The notes: generated by a model from the letters alone, not told the origin. Counted from the first letter of the stretch, positions 9,897 to 19,923 are shown. The stretch: 64,000 nt of DNA from Candidatus Woesearchaeota archaeon (GCA_013202845.1 JABMPT010000008.1:5415-69414); one strand, 5' to 3'. Made by a program: numbers and translations.

Positions 9897-11580
9897 TGGA
9901 AGAATTATTGATGAAGGAAGATTGTCTTTTACTGTAGAATCAAGCGTAATTGGTCATTTGAGTATTGGATTGTATAGAAACTTCTCTAGAGCTATCAAAG
10001 AATTAGTCTCAAATGCCTATGATGCACTTGCAATTGAAGTAAAAATCAACTTAGATATAAAATCAAAAAGACTGATTATTAAAGATGATGGTAAAGGAAT
10101 GAATAAAGATGACATACAGAGGCAATTGCTTACAATAGGAAAAACTACACCAAGAACTCAGATGAGTATAGGTTTAGGCAGAAAAAGAATTGGTCAATTT
10201 GGAGTGGGATTCTTGGCAGTATTCCCTTACTGTAATAAAATCAGGTTAATTAGCAAGAAAAGAGGAGAAGAAAATGCTGTGGAGATAACAATTGATGTTA
10301 GTAAATACTATAAGAATAGCACATTTACTCTGGATAAAGACTTAGAGGATATTGAGTATAAGGTGGTTTCAAGTTTACTGCCTAAAGAGAAAGGAGAAAC
10401 GATTATACTTCTTGAAAGCATAAAGCCACACATTTTAAAAATATTCAATAAGAGCAAAGGAAAATCTCACAGTTCTATAGAACAGTTTAGTGAATTTGAA
10501 AAAACAAAATGGGAATTGCAACAATACTTACCGTTACAATTTTCAGAATCTTGCCCAGAATTAAGGGATTTTTTTAGTGTAGAAAGTAGGACCCCTTTAA
10601 GAGTATGGTTTGATGGAGAAGAATTATTTAGGAATGTTCCAGAGGGTTCAAATAACAAGAAATCTGAGATGATAGAGAAAGGTGAAGAATCTTTTGGGGA
10701 TATCAAAATAAAATATGTCATTCTTTCTCCAATTAAATCGATTCGACCACAGGAATCAAGAGGACTTCAAATTAGGATGAATGATGTGGGTATTGGTTTG
10801 CCAACAGATTTTGATGTTATTAAACTCAGAGGAAGACTCCTTGGTAAACTCAATTATCTAGCAGGAGAAGTTCATATTATAAAAGGATTAGATAATGACC
10901 TTATGTTAGATAGGGATGGATTTTATTTTACTGAAGAAGTTTCAGCTATGTATGAATTCTTTAGGGATAAACTCACAAAATGGGACCATAAATTTCAAAA
11001 CACTGCAAAGGAAGATAAAGCAGTATATGAAATTCTGTCAAGATTACCTAAGCAGGATAAAATAGTGCAGGAGTTTAAATCGGTAGGAATTTTAAAATTT
11101 GATAAAAACAACCTTCGCATACCTAAAGCGCCAATAACAAGGAAACATAAAACTAAATTGTCTTCAATCTCAAAACAAATTGATACTATAGTTAGCAAGA
11201 AAGGTTATAGCGTCAAGAGAAGGAAAAAGAGTGATACATGTGACCAATCTATCAAAGTTGACAAAAAGACAAAGAAGGTTATCATTTATGAAGACCATCC
11301 TGCACTCTCTGAACAGATTGAAATAGACGGTAAGAAAATATCAATAACATATGACGAACAGGATGAATTAAAAAAGGATGAATCAATATGTGAGTTAGAT
11401 TCAAAAAACAAAGTAGCTACTTTTAATAAAGACCATGAAATTTTTGATCTTAGCTTAGACAACAAGATAATTATGGAATTTGTTATCAGACTCCATCTTC
11501 TAGCAAAGACTGAAATGATTTCAAATTCTGCTTTAAAGAAAATTTTGAAGGCCTTCAAAAAGACTTTCTCCAAAGAATAA
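9889..11580 (+). CDS. GHKL (MORC/Hsp90-like) ATPase
   Basis: LY...AIKELVSNAYDA, IKDDGKGM, IGQFGVGFLA, GETII; S5-like domain (LAGEVHI...DRDGF). Confidence 0.85.
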   Translation: MTDGRIIDEGRLSFTVESSVIGHLSIGLYRNFSRAIKELVSNAYDALAIEVKINLDIKSKRLIIKDDGKGMNKDDIQRQLLTIGKTTPRTQMSIGLGRKRIGQFGVGFLAVFPYCNKIRLISKKRGEENAVEITIDVSKYYKNSTFTLDKDLEDIEYKVVSSLLPKEKGETIILLESIKPHILKIFNKSKGKSHSSIEQFSEFEKTKWELQQYLPLQFSESCPELRDFFSVESRTPLRVWFDGEELFRNVPEGSNNKKSEMIEKGEESFGDIKIKYVILSPIKSIRPQESRGLQIRMNDVGIGLPTDFDVIKLRGRLLGKLNYLAGEVHIIKGLDNDLMLDRDGFYFTEEVSAMYEFFRDKLTKWDHKFQNTAKEDKAVYEILSRLPKQDKIVQEFKSVGILKFDKNNLRIPKAPITRKHKTKLSSISKQIDTIVSKKGYSVKRRKKSDTCDQSIKVDKKTKKVIIYEDHPALSEQIEIDGKKISITYDEQDELKKDESICELDSKNKVATFNKDHEIFDLSLDNKIIMEFVIRLHLLAKTEMISNSALKKILKAFKKTFSKE

Positions 11581-11582
11581 AA

Positions 11583-12308
11583 ATGGAAGAGGCTTTGATT
11601 AGTTTAAAAACGGAAATTGTAAATAGTTTTTGGAAAAACAAATTTATTAAAATAGGTCAACTTGTTTTTCCTAGGAAAAAATATAAATCCCTAAAAGTAC
11701 TAAGTCTTACTAATTCTCGAAACATTGAAGAAGTAAAAATACTTATTAAGGATCATTTGACATCAAGGGCCTATCTGTTTGCATGGTGCAATGATTTCAT
11801 TGAAGCTTTAAGCTTAGATGCAGAGGCTAAGTTTAATGAAGTTCTTGATGCTGCCAAATTTGAGGAAACTTTTCTAAGCCGTACTGATCATAAGGTTTAT
11901 GCTTGTTTTCCATTTCATGTGCTTAATATAGATTTTACATCACAAGCAGTTGAATCAGAAGATGGTCGTTTGGAAAAGGAATTACACTCAATTGAAAAGG
12001 TTTTATTGAAACAAAAAGAGACAAATGGAAATAATGCTTGGTTGATGTTGTTTACTACCTTAATTGATAATACACCGGTCAATGTAGATGATATTAAAAT
12101 AAATTCTGACCAATATACAATAAGTTTATGGTCGGGAATGACTTTCTCTAAGCAAGGAAGTTTGAATGATTCTGATGATATCAAGAACATTCTCATGGAA
12201 TTTTTTCACAAAATGAAAGATAAATATGGGCTTCAGGTTGATATTGATTCATTTACAAAACCAATTAACTCTCATGAAGTAATGTCTATTTCGATTATAG
12301 TAAAATAA
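11583..12308 (+). CDS. Hypothetical protein (possible degenerate SAM-methyltransferase-like fold)
   Basis: Operonic with the ATPase; FPFHVLNIDF resembles MTase motif IV (weak). Confidence 0.6.
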   Translation: MEEALISLKTEIVNSFWKNKFIKIGQLVFPRKKYKSLKVLSLTNSRNIEEVKILIKDHLTSRAYLFAWCNDFIEALSLDAEAKFNEVLDAAKFEETFLSRTDHKVYACFPFHVLNIDFTSQAVESEDGRLEKELHSIEKVLLKQKETNGNNAWLMLFTTLIDNTPVNVDDIKINSDQYTISLWSGMTFSKQGSLNDSDDIKNILMEFFHKMKDKYGLQVDIDSFTKPINSHEVMSISIIVK

Positions 12309-12323
12309 CTTTAAGGTGATATT

Positions 12324-13103
12324 ATGGCAAGAATAAATGTTAGTACCTTTCCTCGGATGTTAAAAAGCGTTCACAATGCTCAAAAGAAATGGAGACAGCA
12401 GAACTATGAAAACTCTATTACCAAGTTTAAAGATGAAATCGAGAAAACTCTTGAAATATTGAATTTTTATGGAAAATGGAAGAGTAAGTTTTCTGGTCAA
12501 AAGATAACAGATAAAATGATACCTGAAATATTCATGGATGGATTATCAAGTCTCCATTTTGCTTTATGGGGACAATATAAATATGCGAATATGGGTTTAC
12601 GTTCACAATTAGAGACTGCTTTGAGACTTATTTATTTTATGGACCACCCACGAGAATATGAATGGTGGTTAAGTGGTAATGAATGGTATAAGGGACAAAA
12701 AGGAGCTTATGTTTGGGGTGATGATTTTAATTACTTTAAACAGATAGATAAGATAAACAAGTTTGATAAAAATTTAGCTGGTGAAAAAAAGATATATTCC
12801 TCATCTAGTTCGGGCAAGTCTGGAAATTTACTAAAGGAAATTTACGGAAAACTCTCCAAGTCTATACATACTAGTGCACAACATTTTCAAACCTCTATAG
12901 GTAGATTTTCTCCTAAGTATTCCATGTCTAAAATGGAGACTTGGTTAAAGTCCTGTAAGGATTTACAATGTTACATAATTGTATCTTTGATATTATCTTT
13001 TCCTAAAGAATTTAAGAAAATGTCATCTATAGAACGGAGTACAATATTAACAAAAGGAGTTGTTGATTCGGTATATATCAAAAAAATAAATGAAGTAATC
13101 TAA
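12324..13103 (+). CDS. Hypothetical protein, HEPN-like helical domain
   Basis: ANMGLRSQLE and YGKLSKSIH match the HEPN-type R..LE / Y..LS..xH pattern; AGGTGA SD. Confidence 0.6.
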   Translation: MARINVSTFPRMLKSVHNAQKKWRQQNYENSITKFKDEIEKTLEILNFYGKWKSKFSGQKITDKMIPEIFMDGLSSLHFALWGQYKYANMGLRSQLETALRLIYFMDHPREYEWWLSGNEWYKGQKGAYVWGDDFNYFKQIDKINKFDKNLAGEKKIYSSSSSGKSGNLLKEIYGKLSKSIHTSAQHFQTSIGRFSPKYSMSKMETWLKSCKDLQCYIIVSLILSFPKEFKKMSSIERSTILTKGVVDSVYIKKINEVI

Positions 13104-13104
13104 A

Positions 13105-14172
13105 ATGACTAAACAAGAGAAAATTATCTCACCATCCACAAGATATCAAGGTAGTAAGAGAAGAATACTGCCTTGGCTGAAATCAACATTTGATAATCTA
13201 GAATTTGAAACTGTTTTAGATGGCTTTGGAGGTACTGCAAGCGTTAGTTATTTGTTCAAGCTAATGGGAAAAGAAGTAACCTTCAACGATATTCTTTTAT
13301 CAAATTATCAAACAGGACTTGCTTTAATTGAAAACAAAAAAACATTATTAAATGAAGAAGATATTGAATTCATTCTTAACATAAATAGAAAAAGTAATTA
13401 TTCAAACTTAATTTCGAAGAATTATAAAAATATATATTTTCTTGATGAAGAAAATAAGTGGTTAGACAAAGTAATTAACAATATTAAAGATTTATCTTTA
13501 TTTTACAAAGGAAATAAGTTGAAATTAAAAAAGGCTTTAGCTCATCATATTCTTTTTCAATCTTGTCTCTCAAAAAGGCCTTTTAATTTATTTCATAGAA
13601 AGAATCTAAACATGAGAACTAACACTAATATTAAAAGAAGTTTTGGTAATAAAGTTACTTGGGATACTCCTTTCAGAGAACATTTTATTAAATTTAATAA
13701 AGAGTACTCAGATAGAGTATTCGATAACAAAAGAAGAAACAAAGCTATGAATAAAGACATCTTCAAGATAAATAAGACTTATGATTTAGTTTATCTTGAT
13801 CCTCCTTATATGCGAACTCATACAACCAAACCTCAGAAATACCAAGAAATGTATCACTTTTTAGAAGGAATTATGAACTATGAAACTTGGCTAAAGAATA
13901 TTGATTATATTCGAATACACAAACCGTTCATCATAGAAAATAATAACTGGAACGAAAAAGTGTTAGAGAATTTTGATGAACTATTTAAGAAATTTTCTGA
14001 CTCTGTATTGGTTGTTTCTTATGGAAATAAAGGTTCGCCAAGTATATCTTCTATTGTGCGTTTGATGAAAAAATACAAAAACAAAGTTAGAACAATTTCA
14101 AGACCTTATTCATACAGATTAAATAGAAATAATGGAAAAGGATATCGAGAAGTGATTATTATTGGAGAATAA
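13105..14172 (+). CDS. DNA adenine methyltransferase (D12/alpha class, FokI-like)
   Basis: RYQGSK, VLDGFGGTASV, KRPFNLFHRKNL, DLVYLDPPY. Confidence 0.88.
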   Translation: MTKQEKIISPSTRYQGSKRRILPWLKSTFDNLEFETVLDGFGGTASVSYLFKLMGKEVTFNDILLSNYQTGLALIENKKTLLNEEDIEFILNINRKSNYSNLISKNYKNIYFLDEENKWLDKVINNIKDLSLFYKGNKLKLKKALAHHILFQSCLSKRPFNLFHRKNLNMRTNTNIKRSFGNKVTWDTPFREHFIKFNKEYSDRVFDNKRRNKAMNKDIFKINKTYDLVYLDPPYMRTHTTKPQKYQEMYHFLEGIMNYETWLKNIDYIRIHKPFIIENNNWNEKVLENFDELFKKFSDSVLVVSYGNKGSPSISSIVRLMKKYKNKVRTISRPYSYRLNRNNGKGYREVIIIGE

Positions 14173-14173
14173 G

Positions 14174-14842
14174 CTAAGAATTATAGTTGTTTAAGTAGTC
14201 CATAGTTCTAATATAGGACTTATCAATTAGTCTATTAAATTTTGTTCTTAGTCTTTTAGTTTCTGTTGTTAAATACCCTTCATGTGTAGGTGAAGGGTAC
14301 TTCTTTAGTTTTATCTTAGTTTGTTTATCTTTCCTTCCAGCATTATGAACGTATTGGTTTCTAATAATATAAATATGTTCCATTATTTTCTTTTCATCTT
14401 GTGTTAAAAAAGGAATTCCAAACAATTCGAAGAAATCGTAAACATCAAATCTGTTTTTAATATTTAACTTATTTAAGATAATTTCATAAGTATTGCGTTT
14501 TCTTGAAGATACTAATTCGCCAATAATATTCTTATGTTTCGTTTCTTTGCTTGTGAAAAAAGTTGAAAATTTATTAAGAAGTTCTTGTATTAAATCTTTA
14601 TAATAGACCTCAAAATTTGTACTTAAAGATATGAGTGCATGTTCTGAACATGATACTTCGATTTTGATTAATTCTTTATCTTGTGATTTTTTTACTGCCT
14701 CGTGATGTTTTGGATGTATATCATAAGCTTTTTGTTGATATATCCAATTATATGTTTTAAGTTTACTCATCGCAGTTATTAACATCTCAGTTCTTTTTGC
14801 ATTAGTATGAAAATTTGATATTGAATTAATTTTTCTTATCAT
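14174..14842 (-). CDS. HEPN domain-containing protein
   Basis: STNFEVYYKD and IRNQYVHNAG (RxxxxH). Confidence 0.65.
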   Translation of the reverse strand: MIRKINSISNFHTNAKRTEMLITAMSKLKTYNWIYQQKAYDIHPKHHEAVKKSQDKELIKIEVSCSEHALISLSTNFEVYYKDLIQELLNKFSTFFTSKETKHKNIIGELVSSRKRNTYEIILNKLNIKNRFDVYDFFELFGIPFLTQDEKKIMEHIYIIRNQYVHNAGRKDKQTKIKLKKYPSPTHEGYLTTETKRLRTKFNRLIDKSYIRTMDYLNNYNS

Positions 14843-14954
14843 TATTGATTTATAGAATATTATTTATTATAAATCTTATTAAAATTATTGAACTTAGATT
14901 AAATTTTTTGACCCGGAACGATGTAAACTATTTTTTTGAACAAAGTTTTTTTAC

Positions 14955-15027
14955 AGCAACTTTCGTAAATAACCACACAAAAACAACTTTGAGAGTGAAT
15001 CAAGAAAGAATCACAGGAACAAGCGAG
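14955..15027 (+). repeat. Repeat family A/B copy
   Basis: Near-identical to 6306-6375. Confidence 0.8.
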
Positions 15028-15049
15028 AAAAATAATTATTCTAGAACTT

Positions 15050-15337
15050 TTATAAGAAATTTCCTTTTTTGACTTGTTCAACAATATACATTATGTCTGC
15101 GACAACTATTGCAACACCTAAAAGATTGAAAGCAGCTTTGAAAACAGGTACAAGATTAAGAAAAGAATCAGTTGGAGTGGCTCCTGCTAAGGTATCAACA
15201 ATCATATAACCAATATTGGCTTGACTAGGTATTGCAAAATAAACTCCAATAAAGAAAACAATTATGGCTCCTATTACTCCTTGTTCATTTCTTTTCCTTG
15301 GCATTTTTTTCTTTGTTTTATCATCTTTTTTAATCAT
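15050..15337 (-). CDS. Small membrane protein
   Basis: Two hydrophobic helices; start overlaps the upstream stop codon. Confidence 0.6.
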   Translation of the reverse strand: MIKKDDKTKKKMPRKRNEQGVIGAIIVFFIGVYFAIPSQANIGYMIVDTLAGATPTDSFLNLVPVFKAAFNLLGVAIVVADIMYIVEQVKKGNFL

Positions 15338-15522
15338 TATTTTTTAAAAATATATATTCCTCTATCGTTATTTCCGGCCGGAATTGCAGTAACTAAAATC
15401 CAACCTTCTTTAGCGAGCTTATTAATTTCATCTGTTACTTGTTCAAAAATTCCTTCTTTATTTGTTTTCCAAGGATTAATTAATCCTGCATGCACAATTC
15501 CTTTCGCAATATATTCAACCAT
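15337..15522 (-). CDS. Small DUF4177-like protein
   Basis: INKLAKEGWILV...IYIFKK pattern; GAGGGGTG SD. Confidence 0.6.
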   Translation of the reverse strand: MVEYIAKGIVHAGLINPWKTNKEGIFEQVTDEINKLAKEGWILVTAIPAGNNDRGIYIFKK

Positions 15523-15545
15523 TATAAAACACCCCTCAATAATTT

Positions 15546-16166
15546 TTAAGAGCAATTACATAATTCTGTAATTCTATGTTTAATAACTTCTTTAATTCTA
15601 GTTTCTATATGTGGAAATATTGCAGTAAGGACTTCTACATCCTCACCAATATCTGTATCAAAAGTTGTTGTTAAATCTTTTGTTTCTCCGCCTGGAATAA
15701 AAACAGATACTTCTTTCACACCAGCTTTCTTTAGTGTCCTATAACTATGTTTAACAGCGAAAGTACCTCCCTCATCTTCAAAATTTTTTATTTTAGTTGT
15801 TTGTTCTGTTCCCCAATTATCTATCTCCAGAAGAGTTCCTAAAGTGGAGTCATCTATAATACCAAATTTAAAAGTATATTGATAAGATTCATTTTCGGTA
15901 TAAGGTTGTGTTATATTCACGCATTTTTTTGTTGGACATTCAGGACATATTTGTTCAGAACACAGTTCAATAGAGTCCACAACAACACCGTCTTGACATT
16001 GATATTTAATCACTGTTTCTATTAGACACTCAGGACATATTTGTTCGGAACATAAATTAACGGAATCAACCACTTGACCATTTTGACATTGGTATTTTAT
16101 AATTGTCTCTGGCTCACACCCAGACAGAACAAACATACATAAGAGTAAAAAAATTATTTTTCTCAT
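15546..16166 (-). CDS. Putative lipoprotein with duplicated Cys-rich repeat
   Basis: Lipobox LSGC; two copies of ETxIKYQCQxGxVVDSxxLCSEQICPEC. Confidence 0.7.
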   Translation of the reverse strand: MRKIIFLLLCMFVLSGCEPETIIKYQCQNGQVVDSVNLCSEQICPECLIETVIKYQCQDGVVVDSIELCSEQICPECPTKKCVNITQPYTENESYQYTFKFGIIDDSTLGTLLEIDNWGTEQTTKIKNFEDEGGTFAVKHSYRTLKKAGVKEVSVFIPGGETKDLTTTFDTDIGEDVEVLTAIFPHIETRIKEVIKHRITELCNCS

Positions 16167-16257
16167 AATGCCCCCAAAACAATCATACATAGTAGAAACT
16201 TCTTTTTAAAGATTTAGATTTTTCGTAAATAATCACACAAAAACAATCTTTATATAC

Positions 16258-16278
16258 AACATTTGTTTAACATTTGTT
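16258..16278 (+). promoter_or_regulatory. Tandem imperfect palindrome AACATTTGTT x2 just upstream of the Dam-type MTase start
   Basis: AACATTTGTT-T-AACATTTGTT lies between the TATA-like TTTATATA and the ATG. Confidence 0.4.
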
Positions 16279-16281
16279 ATA

Positions 16282-17112
16282 ATGAATGTTAAAATTCCCA
16301 GATTTGTCAAATGGGCAGGCGGAAAAACTCAATTAATCAACCAATTCAAACCTTTCTTCCCTAAACAAATAGAAAGATACTTTGAACCATTTGTAGGTGG
16401 AGGAGCTGTTTTGTTTTACATAATTCAGAAATTTTCTCCAAAAAAAGTATTTATTTCAGATACTAATGAAGAGCTTATTAATGCTTATGAAATAATAAAA
16501 AATGATGTTGAATCTTTAATTAAAGAACTTAAGAAGCATAAAAACAATTATGACAAAAATCCTAAAGAGTATTACTATAAAACAAGAGCTATAAATCCTG
16601 AAGATTTAACCGAAGTAGAAAAAGCAGCCAGATTCATATTTCTTAACAGAACATGCTTCAATGGATTATATAGAGTGAATTCTAAGAATAGATTCAATGT
16701 ACCTATTGGAAGATACACAAATCCTGCAATAGTAAGAGAAGATATTCTTAGAGAAATTAATAAATTGCTTCAAAAAGTCGAAATAGAAGTTATGTCTTTT
16801 GAGAAAATAGTTAAGATTGTCAAGAAAGGAGACTTTGTTTATTTCGATCCTCCTTATTGGCCAATAAAAAGCGATAATTTCACAAGTTACACAAAACTAG
16901 ATTTCAAGAAAGAAGATCAAGAAAAACTTGCAGAAGTTTTTCAAGAATTAGATAAAAAAGGAGTTAAAGTAATGTTAAGTAATAGCGATACAGAATTAAT
17001 TCAAAATTTATATTCTAAATACAAACCAAAGATTGTCAAAGCAACTAGAATGATTAATTCTAAAGCAGAAGGAAGAGGAGCAATTAATGAAGTTGTTGTT
17101 GTGAACTATTAG
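16282..17112 (+). CDS. Dam/DpnM-family DNA adenine methyltransferase
   Basis: KWAGGK, EPFVGGGAV, FLNRTCFNGLYRVN...FNVP, FDPPY. Confidence 0.92.
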   Translation: MNVKIPRFVKWAGGKTQLINQFKPFFPKQIERYFEPFVGGGAVLFYIIQKFSPKKVFISDTNEELINAYEIIKNDVESLIKELKKHKNNYDKNPKEYYYKTRAINPEDLTEVEKAARFIFLNRTCFNGLYRVNSKNRFNVPIGRYTNPAIVREDILREINKLLQKVEIEVMSFEKIVKIVKKGDFVYFDPPYWPIKSDNFTSYTKLDFKKEDQEKLAEVFQELDKKGVKVMLSNSDTELIQNLYSKYKPKIVKATRMINSKAEGRGAINEVVVVNY

Positions 17113-17662
17113 CTCGTTTGGATATGTTCTTTACAAGTTTTACACCCTCAACTTCTTGCATTAATATCTTAATAGGAACCAATCGACCTACTGTGGTGTG
17201 TTTATAATTACCTTCAAGGTCTTTTGTAGTTGTTTTACTTTCTTTGAATCTATCAATGTTTTTCAAGAACCATTCTCTAACTTTATTTAATGGGAGAATG
17301 TACATATCATCCCATTCAGTGAAATAATAGAAAATAATTCTGGCTTTACTTTTAACAAAACATCCTTTTGTTCCCAAACTCTCATTGCTTAATGTTTCAA
17401 ACCAAAAATTCCCAGTAGTATACTTGTCCGTTTTTACTTCGATAGACACAAAGAATTTTAATTCGCCTTTTTTATAACTCCAAATTAAATCAATATCGTT
17501 TTTTTGATATTCAGGATCATTCTCAACATTCTTCAATTCAATTGTTTTTTTAAGATCACCTAAATATCTACAAACAACTTCTATTCCTTTCTTCGAGAAA
17601 TCATTTTTTTCATCAAAGGTATAAGACTTAACCATTTTGTGTGGCTTTACCAACAATAACAA
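17084..17662 (-). CDS. Putative PD-(D/E)xK nuclease
   Basis: YQKNDIDL...IEVKTD...GNFWFE pattern; lies between two DNA MTases. Confidence 0.6.
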   Translation of the reverse strand: MLLLVKPHKMVKSYTFDEKNDFSKKGIEVVCRYLGDLKKTIELKNVENDPEYQKNDIDLIWSYKKGELKFFVSIEVKTDKYTTGNFWFETLSNESLGTKGCFVKSKARIIFYYFTEWDDMYILPLNKVREWFLKNIDRFKESKTTTKDLEGNYKHTTVGRLVPIKILMQEVEGVKLVKNISKRANSSQQQLH

Positions 17663-18152
17663 AAATATCCTCTTCGTTTAGAATGGAGTCCATTAAATTC
17701 TTAAAAACAAAAGCTCTTGCTAAACCAGTTTTTTCCATTCTCATCATCAGCTCTATTAAATGACCAATAAACTCAATAGTATACTCCCCATACTTATTTA
17801 GCTCATCAAATTCTCTTAATTTCTTAGGTGTTGTCTGTTTTAACTGACACTTCTGCTGTTCTTCCTTTGTTCTAAAGGGTTCTACCTTTTCCCACATATC
17901 TCTTAAGTATCTAACAAAATCAAGACTTAATTCTCTGTTGTGCTCCTTTTTAATAAGAATGTCAATAACCCAATGAATGTGCTTTGGAGTTCTAACCCTC
18001 TTATTTGGTTCTTGATATTTAATTATAATATCTAAATCAGGATTTTCTCCTCTACTACCCTGAAATACACCCATAATAGTACCATCCAATAGATTGAATT
18101 CTTTAAAGGAGTGAGCTTTTGTTCCTTTTCCATCTCTCAAACTGTATTCCAT
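17628..18152 (-). CDS. Hypothetical protein within the restriction-modification locus
   Basis: 174 aa ORF, co-oriented with and overlapping the nuclease-like gene. Confidence 0.65.
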   Translation of the reverse strand: MEYSLRDGKGTKAHSFKEFNLLDGTIMGVFQGSRGENPDLDIIIKYQEPNKRVRTPKHIHWVIDILIKKEHNRELSLDFVRYLRDMWEKVEPFRTKEEQQKCQLKQTTPKKLREFDELNKYGEYTIEFIGHLIELMMRMEKTGLARAFVFKNLMDSILNEEDIFVIVGKATQNG

Positions 18153-18279
18153 AACATAAATTATACTGAAGATGTTTTTATAAATCTTTTCGATTCTTCC
18201 GAAAACATCCTGTCAATAACAACGAAAACACTGGACATCGAGGAGAAAACTATATAAAAGAAAAAGTTCCAAGCATAGT

Positions 18280-19050
18280 ATGACTATTTTTGAAGATAAC
18301 AATATAACATTACTGAAAGGGGATTGTTTGAAACTCTTACCAACCATAAGAAAAGGCTCAGTAACAACTATATTTGCAGATCCTCCTTACAATCTTTCTA
18401 ATGGAGGAATTACGTGTAAAGCCGGAAAAATGGTTTCTGTGAACAAAGGAGACTGGGATAAATCCAAAGGATTTACTAAAGATTATGAATTTACATATAA
18501 CTGGTTGAAATTATGTAAAGATGTCTTAAAACCTAATGGAACTATATGGATATCAGGAACTCCTCATAATATTTATCAAGTAGGACATGCTTTACAATCT
18601 CTTGGTTTTAATATTCTAAATGAAATTTCTTGGTTTAAACCAAATGCTCCACCAAATCTTTCTTGTCGTTATTTTGCACATTCACACGAGACAATTTTAT
18701 GGGCTAAAAAAGATAAAAAAGCAAAACACACATTTAATTATAAAGAAATGAAAAAATGGGATGATAAAATTAGTCCTTCAAATAAACAAATGAGAAGTGT
18801 TTGGCACATTCCTTTAACAAGCCCGAAAGAAAAGAAGAATGGTAAGCATCCAACACAAAAACCAATTGAGTTATTAAAAAGAATAATCACTGCAAGTTCT
18901 AATAAAAAAGATTTAATTTTGGATCCTTTTAATGGTTCAGGCACTACTGGAATTGTAGCAAAAATGTTAGGAAGAAGATATATAGGAATTGATAAAGAAC
19001 AAAAGTTTCTAAATTTAACAAAAAAAAGATTTAATGAATTAAAGAAATAA
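18280..19050 (+). CDS. Beta-class DNA methyltransferase (DpnA-like)
   Basis: ADPPYNLSNGGITCKAGKMVSVNKGDWD, HPTQKP, LDPFNGSGTT. Confidence 0.9.
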   Translation: MTIFEDNNITLLKGDCLKLLPTIRKGSVTTIFADPPYNLSNGGITCKAGKMVSVNKGDWDKSKGFTKDYEFTYNWLKLCKDVLKPNGTIWISGTPHNIYQVGHALQSLGFNILNEISWFKPNAPPNLSCRYFAHSHETILWAKKDKKAKHTFNYKEMKKWDDKISPSNKQMRSVWHIPLTSPKEKKNGKHPTQKPIELLKRIITASSNKKDLILDPFNGSGTTGIVAKMLGRRYIGIDKEQKFLNLTKKRFNELKK

Positions 19051-19061
19051 ATATCTGTTAA

Positions 19062-19238
19062 TCACTTAAACGGACAAGTTCTACATTCAGGTCTATTTTC
19101 TAAATTCATATCTTCAGTATAATCTTTACAATCAGGATATGTTCCTATACATCCAGGGAACTTGCTTGTTATACTACTACCTTTTGCACTTTGTTTATAT
19201 GTGTGTCTCTTAGGTAACTTTCTTCCTGTTCCGCCCAT
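19062..19238 (-). CDS. 58 aa four-Cys microprotein, not in ORF track
   Basis: MGGTGRKLPKRHTYKQSAKGSSITSKFPGCIGTYPDCKDYTEDMNLENRPECRTCPFK; TATA-like motif about 25 nt upstream. Confidence 0.6.
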   Translation of the reverse strand: MGGTGRKLPKRHTYKQSAKGSSITSKFPGCIGTYPDCKDYTEDMNLENRPECRTCPFK

Positions 19239-19273
19239 TTTAATTTAATACTATCTTTCTTATTTAATTTTTT

Positions 19274-19320
19274 CTATCCCTTCCTTCTATAATCTTTAAC
19301 AACTTTCTCTTTTTATTATT
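19274..19320 (+). repeat. Repeat family E copy (TATCCCTTCC.TCTAyAAyCTTT(AACAACTTTCTCT))
   Basis: Other copies at about 19966, 22189, 23071, 24389, 32848, 33375 and 34141. Confidence 0.75.
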
Positions 19321-19368
19321 TTAATCTTTCAAAAATCAATCTTTTTTAGAAAGGGAAGTGGAACCTTA

Positions 19369-19923
19369 CTACGAATTATTTGATATTGGAATAACTTTAG
19401 GTTCTTCATAACCATCTTTAAACATGTAAAGTAGTTTTTTCTCAGAATCCAAGAATAAATCTCTTCTCCTAACTTCTTCATTAGATTCAGGTTCTACTTG
19501 TTTATGTTGAATATTTTGAAAACCAAGATGATTAAGAGCTTCCTCAATTCTTGAGGGATGAGCTGCAAAATAATCTGGATCGTATATATTCATTATCTGT
19601 ATACTGTCCTTATCAACATACAATTGGTTAATATCAATTTCCTCCTTAAGTGACCTATTTGTTATATTTTCAATTCTGTGATCGTTAACAAACATATCCC
19701 ATGGAGATATTAATTCTGAAATATGTGCTAAAGTACTAGGACCACTATATTCTGGGACAAAAATGATGCCATTACATTTAGCGAATGTATCTGACCATAT
19801 ATATCTTTTTTCTCTGGAACTTCTTATTCCATTTGTGCCAACAAATTCTATTATTTCATCTAATTCGTTTTCTTTACACTTACCTGTAATTTCAAGTATC
19901 TTGTCAATATGATCATAATACAT
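19369..19923 (-). CDS. Hypothetical protein
   Basis: 184 aa ORF; upstream AAACCTTTAAAAAA motif shared with the TPR genes. Confidence 0.6.
   Translation of the reverse strand: MYYDHIDKILEITGKCKENELDEIIEFVGTNGIRSSREKRYIWSDTFAKCNGIIFVPEYSGPSTLAHISELISPWDMFVNDHRIENITNRSLKEEIDINQLYVDKDSIQIMNIYDPDYFAAHPSRIEEALNHLGFQNIQHKQVEPESNEEVRRRDLFLDSEKKLLYMFKDGYEEPKVIPISNNS

Noticed and set aside
14845..15084. ORFs 14845-15072 (+) and 14899-15084 (-)
   Set aside because: They span the A/B repeat and have no protein-like features
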